From: an uncultured bacterium
Lineage (GTDB): Bacteria; Methylomirabilota; Methylomirabilia; Rokubacteriales; CSP1-6
NCBI GenBank assembly: GCA_964372605.1
Contig: CAYJUC010000002.1
Location: forward strand, 1 to 37,295
DNA: 37,295 nucleotides
Reading direction: 5' to 3'
Below the pieces are notes generated by a model. The model made no database searches and was not told the DNA's origin. It saw nothing but the letters and a program-made list of their open reading frames with translations. This document shows, in pieces, positions 1 through 5,961 of this stretch. Each line of letters opens with the position of its first letter. Positions within the stretch are counted from its first letter, which is position 1. A program made the translations under genes and the position numbers.

Positions 1-83
1 ACTGGGTGCCCGTAGAGGATGCCTCCGGCGACATTTCGGCGACGACCGAGAACGCCGCAGACGACCCCTGATCGGCGGCCGGA

Positions 84-1076
84 TCACAGGTCAATCCCCA
101 CGGCGCGTCTCACCTCGTCCATCGTGGCCTGAGCCACCTGGCGCGCCCTTTTCGAGCCTTCGCGGAGGATCTCGATCACCTCGTGAGGCTGTTCCACGAA
201 CCGCTGGCGACGCTCACGGATCAGGGCAAGGGGCGGGAGGAGGTGCTTCAGGAGGACATCCTTGCAGTCCAGGCACCCGATGCCGGCCGTCCGGCACCCC
301 TCGGCGCAGGCCCGCCGCTCCCCCTCCGGGGTGAAAATCTTGTGGAGGTCGAAGACCGGGCACACCTCCGGGTTGCCCGGGTCGCTCCGGCGCTTGCGCG
401 CGGGATCGGTCATCATCGTCCGGATCTTGGGGGTGATGACCTCCGACGGGTCCGAGAGATAGATGCAGTTATCGTAGCTCTTGGACATCTTCCTCCCGTC
501 GGTGCCCGGCACCTTCGGGATCAGGGTGAGCTTGGCGGCCGGCTCAGGGAAGACCGGCCCGAAGGCGCTGTTGAACCGCCGCGCGATCTCCCGCGTCAGC
601 TCGATGTGCGGGAGCTGGTCGACGCCCACGGGAACGTGCCTGGCTTTATAGATCAGGATGTCCGCCGCCTGGAGCAGCGGGTACCCGAGGAGACCGTAGG
701 ACGGCGAGTCGAGCCCGAGCTGCTCGATGGTCTCCTTGTAGGTCGGGACGCGCTCAAGCCAGGCGACCGGAGTCACCATGGAGAAGAGGAGGTGAAGCTC
801 CGCGTGCTCGGGGACCAGGGACTGGACAAAGATGGTGGAGCGCTCCGGCTGGAGCCCGGCGCCGAGCCAGTCGGCCGCCATCTCGATGGTGTTGGCCGGG
901 ACCGCCGCCGCCTGGGAGTAATCGCTTGTCAGGGCGTGCCAGTTGGCCACGAAGAAGAAACAGTCGTAGTCCTGCTGGAGCTTCACCCAGTTGTCCAGCG
1001 CTCCCAGGTAGTTCCCCAGGTGCAGCTTCCCGGTTGGCCGCATTCCCGAGAGCACGCGATCCAGTGTCATGGCCAT
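84..1076 (-). CDS. trpS: Tryptophanyl-tRNA synthetase (class I)
   Basis: 330-aa ORF from ATG 1076. It has a HIGH-type motif (TGKLHLGN) near the N-terminus and KMSKS at residues 196-200. Length and overall pattern are typical of bacterial TrpRS. Confidence 0.95.
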   Translation of the reverse strand: MAMTLDRVLSGMRPTGKLHLGNYLGALDNWVKLQQDYDCFFFVANWHALTSDYSQAAAVPANTIEMAADWLGAGLQPERSTIFVQSLVPEHAELHLLFSMVTPVAWLERVPTYKETIEQLGLDSPSYGLLGYPLLQAADILIYKARHVPVGVDQLPHIELTREIARRFNSAFGPVFPEPAAKLTLIPKVPGTDGRKMSKSYDNCIYLSDPSEVITPKIRTMMTDPARKRRSDPGNPEVCPVFDLHKIFTPEGERRACAEGCRTAGIGCLDCKDVLLKHLLPPLALIRERRQRFVEQPHEVIEILREGSKRARQVAQATMDEVRRAVGIDL

Positions 1077-1097
1077 GGTCCGTTTTATGGGCGCGGC

Positions 1098-1349
1098 TCA
1101 GGCATACATCAGCCGCGCTTTCGGTTCAGGGATCGGACGACCCTGTTCCTTTGCCGTTTCGATCCATTCTTGGATGATCACCTCCACGCTGGCCAGCGCC
1201 TGCCGGTACGTCGGCCCATCGGCCGCGCAGCCCGGCAATTCCGGCACCTCGGCAATGTAGGCGTGATCTTTCTCACTCCAGTAAATGATGATCTCGTATT
1301 TCCACTTACTCCTATCAGCTCCCCCGACCAGGCGGTATTTCACGATCAC
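1098..1349 (-). CDS. hicB: HicB-family (UPF0150-like) antitoxin, short form without an obvious DNA-binding tail
   Basis: 83-aa ORF with the HicB hallmark YIAEVPELPGCAADGPTYRQALASVEVIIQEWIE...GRPIPEP. The start is GTG 1349, or the second GTG at 1343, which is better spaced from GAGGG. Confidence 0.85.
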   Translation of the reverse strand: MIVKYRLVGGADRSKWKYEIIIYWSEKDHAYIAEVPELPGCAADGPTYRQALASVEVIIQEWIETAKEQGRPIPEPKARLMYA

Positions 1350-1448
1350 CCCTCGTACCTGTTTTACCCCATCTGCGCCACTGCGCCTAATTATCGATTA
1401 GCCGGCATTGTTCTTCTTCGACCCCGGGTTAACTTCTCGAAGTGGAAG

Positions 1449-1739
1449 TCACCGCCTTCTGGCCGAAGACCTGCCGCCCTGAAGTTTCTCCAGGACCCAG
1501 CGCCGGATAAGGATTCCCTGCCGGACGCCTCTCGCCTGCGCGATCCGCTTCACCTCTTTAGCTTCCTCCGGTCGCAAGCGAACCGTGACAATAGCTTCCG
1601 GCCTACGCTCGAAAACCGCTTCGGGAACCTCCTCCAATTGGTCTTCGAACTCGGTCAGGTCGTGCGTCTGCCAGAACCGGGACAGTTCCTCGATCGAGTC
1701 GGTTTGCGGAAGCCTCTGATTTTTCATCGCCTTTTCCAT
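1449..1739 (-). CDS. brnA: BrnA/CopG-type (ribbon-helix-helix) antitoxin
   Basis: 96-aa ORF. The N-terminal FWQTHDLTEF motif and the C-terminal VTVRLRPEE...LIRRWVLEKL pattern match the BrnA antitoxin layout. Its ATG (1739) lies inside the 3' end of the upstream BrnT-like reading frame. Confidence 0.8.
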   Translation of the reverse strand: MEKAMKNQRLPQTDSIEELSRFWQTHDLTEFEDQLEEVPEAVFERRPEAIVTVRLRPEEAKEVKRIAQARGVRQGILIRRWVLEKLQGGRSSARRR

Positions 1740-2008
1740 TGGCTGAATCGTCGCTTCTCCCTCTCCGTCATTGGACGAGCCATCACCGGAAAGCCTTTTC
1801 CATCAGAAAACTGGATCACAACACAGAACTAGCGTCGCCCAGAGGCGGTTTGTCCCAGAACGTAATAGACCGGATTCTTCCCTGAGGCCTTAGCGCGCCG
1901 CACCCAGGCTCCGCCAACGCAGACGTCTTCAAACTCCTCAGGTTGCACTCGGTGTCTTGCGATATGATCAACCCGGTCTTGTGTCCAAATGAACTCATGG
2001 ATTTTCAC
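1724..2008 (-). pseudogene. BrnT-like (DUF497) toxin gene interrupted by an in-frame TAG
   Basis: My own translation from GTG 2008 gives VKIHEFIWTQDRVDHIARHRVQPEEFEDVCVGGAWVRRAKASGKNPVYYVLGQTASGRR, then TAG (1831..1829), then FCVVIQFSDGKGFPVMARPMTEREKRRFSQWKRR and TGA (1726..1724). Both halves together resemble a full BrnT-type toxin. It is absent from the ORF track because each piece is under 60 aa. Confidence 0.7.
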
Positions 2009-2011
2009 CCC

Positions 2012-3679
2012 TCAACTGTACAACACCTCCGATGGCTTCGATGGAAGCCAGACCACCTGCGCAGCCTGGCGGTCCCTGCTGGCAAATGCATGCCTACTCA
2101 GCAGGCCCAAGGCTTCGGGGACTAGTTCCCTGCCACGAGCATCAAGGCCACGATAAAACGCCGACTCGCGGCGTCCTGAGCCACGTTGGGCAAACAGCTT
2201 CTTGAGTATCGTGAGCAGAACCTTCGTGCCTAAAGGAAGCCCAAGAGCGAGTATCGCGTTGGTTGTCTGAGCGGGATTCTCGGAGGTGTCAAAGGTACAG
2301 TCGAGAAACTGCTGGGGAGGCATGTCGCTTAACCCAGTGCGCCCGTCCACGGATCCGAAGTGACATCGAACAAAGCTCGGGAGGAGCGCGACAGACGTAT
2401 CCGCCGGCAGATCCAGCCGGCCAACGATGCAATCTTGGAATTGAACGCGAGCGAGACTGCCAGCAAATCCTTCGAGGAGGATCTCTGGGATGAGCACTTC
2501 CTTAACAAAGATATCTGTACTGTCGCATGACGCACCTGCATGAAACAACGTCAAGACGATGTCGGCGCATAACCTCTCCGACTTCGGCAGCTCGTGCACG
2601 CGCCGGAGAGCGGCCTCGATCTTCCCTTGCTTGATTCCCGCTGAGTAACACTTGCACGCCGCCACCTCGGCCCCGAGAGACCACAGGGAACTCTGCCAGG
2701 CTTCGCTTTCCAGAAGCTGACCATAAGGGTTGTCTATGAAATCAGCGATCGTGCTACCTCGGGCAGCCTCAGCAAAATCCTCGTCAATGAAAACGCGAGC
2801 GCCGCCTTCCGATGAGTGACCACCCAAACCGGGTAACCGTTCGAACTCGCTGACGTTCAGGAAGGAGAAGCTCTCGCCGAGGTTGAGACTTATCGCCATT
2901 TCCCTGACACTGTCGAAGAAGTAGGCCCTCCCGGCGAGCAGCACTCCGAAGGATGGCGGCGTGTCTCGCAAGAAGGCGCGGACAAGTTCCATGGACCGGA
3001 ATCGAAGGTCCCGAAGTTTTTTCATTTTCCCAGCCCAACCAGCTGTTGCTATCTCGTCAAAGCCGTCCAAGAGTGGGAGGGCGAGACCGGCACGCCACCC
3101 TCGAACGAGGTCGGACGGGCGCTGGAAGCCGACCAGAACGTACTTCTGCCCTTTTAGCAGGGCTGAGCATATGTCATCCACCGAGAGGAGCGAGCCGTTT
3201 TTGTCGACGATGTCGAGAGGTACGTAGTCGAGTGCGATTCGGGCCACACCGGTTTCTGGATCCCGAACGCTGCCGAACGGGTAGTTCTCACGAGCCGACA
3301 GGTAGGACTTCGCGTCCACGAGTCGAGAGCGGAATTGATCGAAGGAGACTGCGACAATCCGACCCTGCACCTTGCGAAACACGGCTCGCTGGTCCGCTGT
3401 TGGTTCCTGAAGGGTTACGAACCATCCCTTAACGAACTTCTGCGGATATCGTGCGCCAAGCTTTCGGACTAGTTTCTGGAGTTTATCAAGGTCTTCGTCT
3501 GCTTTTCGCTTGGATCGCGAGGTCGTGCACTCCAGGATGTGAACGAACTCTTCGGTTTCGAACACTCCGTCGCGTTCCCGGCCCTCTTCAATCGAGGCGC
3601 CGCCGAACTCGGCTGACGGCCACAGCAGCCGCGCGATGCGCCTAACCTCGCCTTCGAAGTCCCTGTCACTCGCGAACAT
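2012..3679 (-). CDS. Hypothetical 555-aa protein: restriction-endonuclease-like N-terminal domain plus degenerate STAND/NACHT-like core lacking Walker A
   Basis: Long ORF in the sense direction of the neighbourhood, with lower GC than its flanks. The N-terminus FEGEVRRIARLLW...GRERDGVF...VHILECTTSRSK resembles PD-(D/E)xK-type effector domains. LPLLDGFDEI (res 201-210) looks like a NACHT Walker B, preceded by KYVLVG, but no GxxxxGK[ST] occurs anywhere. Function is inferred only from pattern recognition. Confidence 0.75.
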   Translation of the reverse strand: MFASDRDFEGEVRRIARLLWPSAEFGGASIEEGRERDGVFETEEFVHILECTTSRSKRKADEDLDKLQKLVRKLGARYPQKFVKGWFVTLQEPTADQRAVFRKVQGRIVAVSFDQFRSRLVDAKSYLSARENYPFGSVRDPETGVARIALDYVPLDIVDKNGSLLSVDDICSALLKGQKYVLVGFQRPSDLVRGWRAGLALPLLDGFDEIATAGWAGKMKKLRDLRFRSMELVRAFLRDTPPSFGVLLAGRAYFFDSVREMAISLNLGESFSFLNVSEFERLPGLGGHSSEGGARVFIDEDFAEAARGSTIADFIDNPYGQLLESEAWQSSLWSLGAEVAACKCYSAGIKQGKIEAALRRVHELPKSERLCADIVLTLFHAGASCDSTDIFVKEVLIPEILLEGFAGSLARVQFQDCIVGRLDLPADTSVALLPSFVRCHFGSVDGRTGLSDMPPQQFLDCTFDTSENPAQTTNAILALGLPLGTKVLLTILKKLFAQRGSGRRESAFYRGLDARGRELVPEALGLLSRHAFASRDRQAAQVVWLPSKPSEVLYS

Positions 3680-3753
3680 AGGGCCTTACTTCAAAGCGAG
3701 CCACGTCACTCCCAATAGTACCATCAGAACGAGCTTCTTCATGGTGGGTGGTC

Positions 3754-3759
3754 AGCATA
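3754..3759 (-). promoter_or_regulatory. Candidate -10 element (TATGCT) inside a 13-mer shared with the clpC upstream region
   Basis: The minus strand reads CTGGGATATGCTG (3765..3753), 74 nt upstream of the 555-aa ORF ATG. There is a 12/13 match to CTGGGATATACTG upstream of clpC. No convincing -35 was found. Confidence 0.25.
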
Positions 3760-3842
3760 TCCCAGTCAGAAACTTCGAACGACCGCAGGAATTCTTTCCG
3801 GCTGGCAGGACTGGGCAAGGTCTTCAGAGCCCCCTACCCGAT

Positions 3843-4631
3843 TTAGCTCCGTTCCGAAGTTCCTTCCCCGGTCGGGCGAAGCTGGCGCTCCCAGACCTTC
3901 GCCGTGCGGAGAAACACATAGTGAGCATAGAGGACGGCCAGGACCAGCCCACGCCATCCGTCGAGGAATCCCCCGTGCAGCAGGTACATGGCGAGAAACC
4001 GCCAGAGCGGGCGGAGTATCAGATCCCCCATCCCCACCCGCCTGCCGCGCCCGAGGAGATCCTCGGCCGCCAGCGTCGAATACCGGTTGGAGCGCTGGAC
4101 AAATTCCTCCAGGCTCCGGTAGCTCTCGTGAACAAGCGGGGACGCGAGGCGAGCCACGCGGCCGTTGACCGTGACCGACTCGTGCACGACCTGCTCGACG
4201 AACCGCCCCCTCCCCCGCCTGAACAGCCGGAGCTGGGAATCGGGATAGAGGCGCCCGTGCCGCACCCAGGCGCCCCAGAAGAAATTCTTCCGGGGGATCA
4301 GGTAGCCGTCGGCGGGCCCGTCGTTCCGGATGATCCGCTCGATCTCGTCACGAAGCTCTCGGGGCACCCGTTCATCGGCGTCGAGGGAGAGGATCCACTC
4401 CCGCGTGGCCTGATCGAGGGCGAAGTTCTTCTGGAGCGGGAATCCCGGCCAGGGCCGGACCCAGATCCGGTCGGTGAACTCGCGCGCCACCTGGACGGTC
4501 TTGTCGGTGGACTCGGCGTCCACCACCACGATCTCCTGGGCCCAGTCCACGCTTTCGAGGCATGGGCGCAGCCGTTCCTCCTCGTTCCAGGTGATCACGA
4601 TCACGGTGAGCCCGCTTTGGGGTGCGTTCAT
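3843..4631 (-). CDS. Family 2 glycosyltransferase (LPS-core KdtX/WaaE-like)
   Basis: LTVIVITWNEEERLRPCLESV.WAQEIVVVDAESTDKT...SLDADERV pattern and a hydrophobic C-terminal tail typical of this GT2 subgroup. The start is set at ATG 4631 (MNAPQSG), because the longer ORF-track N-terminus runs through REP-like hairpins. Confidence 0.85.
   Translation of the reverse strand: MNAPQSGLTVIVITWNEEERLRPCLESVDWAQEIVVVDAESTDKTVQVAREFTDRIWVRPWPGFPLQKNFALDQATREWILSLDADERVPRELRDEIERIIRNDGPADGYLIPRKNFFWGAWVRHGRLYPDSQLRLFRRGRGRFVEQVVHESVTVNGRVARLASPLVHESYRSLEEFVQRSNRYSTLAAEDLLGRGRRVGMGDLILRPLWRFLAMYLLHGGFLDGWRGLVLAVLYAHYVFLRTAKVWERQLRPTGEGTSERS
4619..4631. repeat. Direct repeat copy 1 (plus strand GGGGTGCGTTCAT; minus strand ATGAACGCACCCC), containing the GT2 start codon
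   Basis: An exact 12-nt match (GGGTGCGTTCAT) to 4808..4819. The flanking CTT(T)G also matches, with one indel. Confidence 0.9.
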
Positions 4632-4634
4632 CAG

Positions 4635-4672
4635 CCTCGGAGGGGGCTCCGCCCCCTTCCGAACCTCCCCCC
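4635..4672. repeat. REP-like element module A (hairpin GGGGGC-TCC-GCCCCC with TCGGA/TCCGA outer stem)
   Basis: CCTCGGAGGGGGCTCCGCCCCCTTCCGAACCTCCCCCC. It is near-identical to the reverse complement of 22705..22744, differing by one compensatory extra G:C pair and two loop substitutions. Confidence 0.85.
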
Positions 4673-4695
4673 TGCAGTTCGAGCGCGACGGGTTC

Positions 4696-4716
4696 GGCCT
4701 TGCCGCGAGGCAGGCC
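4696..4716. other. GC-rich stem-loop with GCGA tetraloop inside the 188-bp insert
   Basis: GGCCTTGCC-GCGA-GGCAGGCC, giving 4+4 bp of stem with one bulged T. Seen by eye only. Confidence 0.4.
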
Positions 4717-4743
4717 ACCCGACGCGCGAGGCCCGAGTTGGTT

Positions 4744-4762
4744 GCGCGGGCAGAGCCCGCGC
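4744..4762. repeat. REP-like element module B (hairpin GCGCGGGC-AGA-GCCCGCGC)
   Basis: Matches the reverse complement of 22676..22694 (GCGCGGGC-AAA-GCCCGCGC) together with the flank TCG.A.CGG. Confidence 0.85.
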
Positions 4763-4807
4763 TCGAACGGCCGCGGGGTAGCTCAACAACCTGCCAGCGA
4801 TTGTCTT

Positions 4808-4819
4808 GGGTGCGTTCAT
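4808..4819. repeat. Direct repeat copy 2 (plus strand GGGTGCGTTCAT), overlapping the waaC stop codon
   Basis: Exact 12-nt duplicate of 4620..4631. On the minus strand it reads ATGAACGCACCC, with the ATG overlapping the waaC TGA. Confidence 0.9.
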
Positions 4820-5820
4820 GGCAGAAGCTCCATCGCCGTCCGAAACGCCACCTCCGGCTGGATGGCCGCCATGGTCCCGTCGGGGCTCTGAATGGCGCGG
4901 CCGGTGGGACCGTAGGGCCCGTTCCGCCTGCCCGAGGTCGGGCCGTAGAGGCCCAGCGTCGGCCTGCCCAGAGCGGCCGCCAGGTGAAGCGGCCCCGTAT
5001 CGCTTCCCACCATCAGCGCGCAGCGTCTCAGCAGGACCGCCAGCTCGGCCAGCGACGTCCGGGGCCCCAGGATCGGGCGAACGGTCAGGCCATCGGCGAT
5101 CTCCCGGACCAGCGCCTCTTCGTCCGGACCCCAGAGCAGGACAATTCGGGCCCCCGCGTCCACCGATAACCGTTCGGCCAGGTCCCGGAAGTGCGAGAGA
5201 GGCCACCGCTTCCCCGGTCTCCCTGCCCCCGGGTTCAGCGCGACGAGACGATCCCGGGACTTGATTCCGTGGTCGGCGAAGAACTCCTCGATCCGCTGCT
5301 CCGCCTCGGGGCTCGACGGCAGATGGAACCGAGGCCGCGGGGCGCGGACGCCCAGGGGCTCCAGGAGGGCCAGATACTGGTCCACCACGTGGATCCGGGA
5401 CGGAGGCGGCACGACCCGCACGTTGGTGAAGCACGCGTTGAGCGCTTCCCGGCAGCGCCTCGAGCCGAAGCCGATCCGGAACGGCGCCCCGGTCAAGGCC
5501 GTCAGGATCCCGCTCTTGATGAGCCCCTGAAGATCGATGGCGACGCCGAACCTTTCGTCGCGGAGCCGTCGGATCGAGCGCGAGAGCTCGGTTCCGACTT
5601 CCCTGGCTCCGCCCGGACTCCAGAGACGCCGGCGCCACTTCCGGGTGTCCACAGGGATCACGCCGTCCAGGTCCGGATGGTCCTTGAGCAGGAGAGACTC
5701 GCGCGCCTCGACGATCCACAGGATGCGGGCGTCCGGGAAGCGGTGACGGAGGGCATGCGCCACAGGCAGCGCGTGGATCACGTCACCGAGCGCCGAGAGC
5801 TTGAGAATCGCGATCCGCAT
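4816..5820 (-). CDS. waaC: ADP-heptose:LPS heptosyltransferase I (GT9)
   Basis: 334 aa from ATG 5820 (MRIAILKLSALGDVIHALP...WIVE...VIPVDTRKWRR...DLQGLIKS...GSDTGPLHLAAALG), recalled to resemble E. coli WaaC. The 692-aa track ORF is an N-terminal overextension. Confidence 0.85.
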   Translation of the reverse strand: MRIAILKLSALGDVIHALPVAHALRHRFPDARILWIVEARESLLLKDHPDLDGVIPVDTRKWRRRLWSPGGAREVGTELSRSIRRLRDERFGVAIDLQGLIKSGILTALTGAPFRIGFGSRRCREALNACFTNVRVVPPPSRIHVVDQYLALLEPLGVRAPRPRFHLPSSPEAEQRIEEFFADHGIKSRDRLVALNPGAGRPGKRWPLSHFRDLAERLSVDAGARIVLLWGPDEEALVREIADGLTVRPILGPRTSLAELAVLLRRCALMVGSDTGPLHLAAALGRPTLGLYGPTSGRRNGPYGPTGRAIQSPDGTMAAIQPEVAFRTAMELLP

Positions 5821-5961
5821 CAGTTCACTCAGAGGGGGGGGCCACCCCAGCGCCGAAGGGCGCCGTCGAGGGCGACGAAGACGGCCGGATATCGGGGCAT
5901 CGTGAGGCAGTGTAATCCGAACGCGCTGAATGTTCAACGAATTTTGATACGATGGGGTGCC

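Larger units (their letters stand above)
4631..4819 (-). other. 62-codon Arg-rich bridging ORF across an insertion (probably not a functional protein)
   Basis: ATG 4819 overlaps the waaC stop (ATGA). The ORF MNAPKTIAGRLLSYPAAVRARALPAQPTRASRVGWPASRQGRTRRARTAGGRFGRGRSPLRG ends in a TGA (4633..4631) that overlaps the GT2 ATG (TGATG). Confidence 0.3.

Noticed and set aside
1-83. Possible start of another minus-strand gene (ATG at 34..32, MSPEASSTGTQ...) downstream of trpS
   Set aside because: Only 11 codons fall inside the window, with no motif and no clear SD, so it cannot be supported.
1350-1448. Possible HicA remnant: the frame continuing after the brnA stop reads LPLREVNPGSKKNNAG
   Set aside because: There is only a vague PG(S/T)...AG resemblance to HicA C-termini over 16 residues, too short and weak to call. 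It is kept only as a caveat in the HicB finding.
183-1832. 549-aa plus-strand ORF, and similar long plus-strand ORFs (3636..4781, 8674..9705, 9792..10841, 11968..13332, 14344..15261, 15258..17363, 17843..18664, 19274..20506, 22201..23262, 23422..25017, 25987..26919, 28440..29774, 29732..31093, 31152..32150, 35428..36687)
   Set aside because: They lie antisense to well-supported minus-strand genes. They translate to Arg/Pro/Gly/Asp-rich low-complexity sequence with no recognisable motifs. Such stop-free antisense frames are expected at this GC content.
1816-1998. 60-aa minus-strand ORF MSSFGHKTGL... from the track
   Set aside because: It overlaps, in a different frame, the BrnT-like reading frame (1724..2008), which shows clear family resemblance. 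The 60-aa frame has no recognisable features.
3686-3742. 18-codon hydrophobic mini-ORF MKKLVLMVLLGVTWLALK ending 6 nt before the 555-aa ORF start
   Set aside because: No Shine-Dalgarno precedes it (CCACCCACC before the ATG), and it is too short to distinguish from chance. It could be a leader peptide or the relic of a truncated signal peptide, but this cannot be supported from sequence alone.
3771-3790. TTCGAA-containing stretch that superficially recalls a tRNA T-loop, a possible integration site for the islet
   Set aside because: The flanking bases do not form a T-arm or acceptor stem on either strand. No cloverleaf can be drawn anywhere in 3680-3842.
5888-5893. GATATC palindrome at the exact midpoint of the divergent waaC/GT9-like spacer, as a possible operator
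   Set aside because: The palindrome is only 6 bp and the flanks pair at 5 of 8 positions. It could easily arise by chance, and is mentioned only as weak support for the GGATAT -10-like core.
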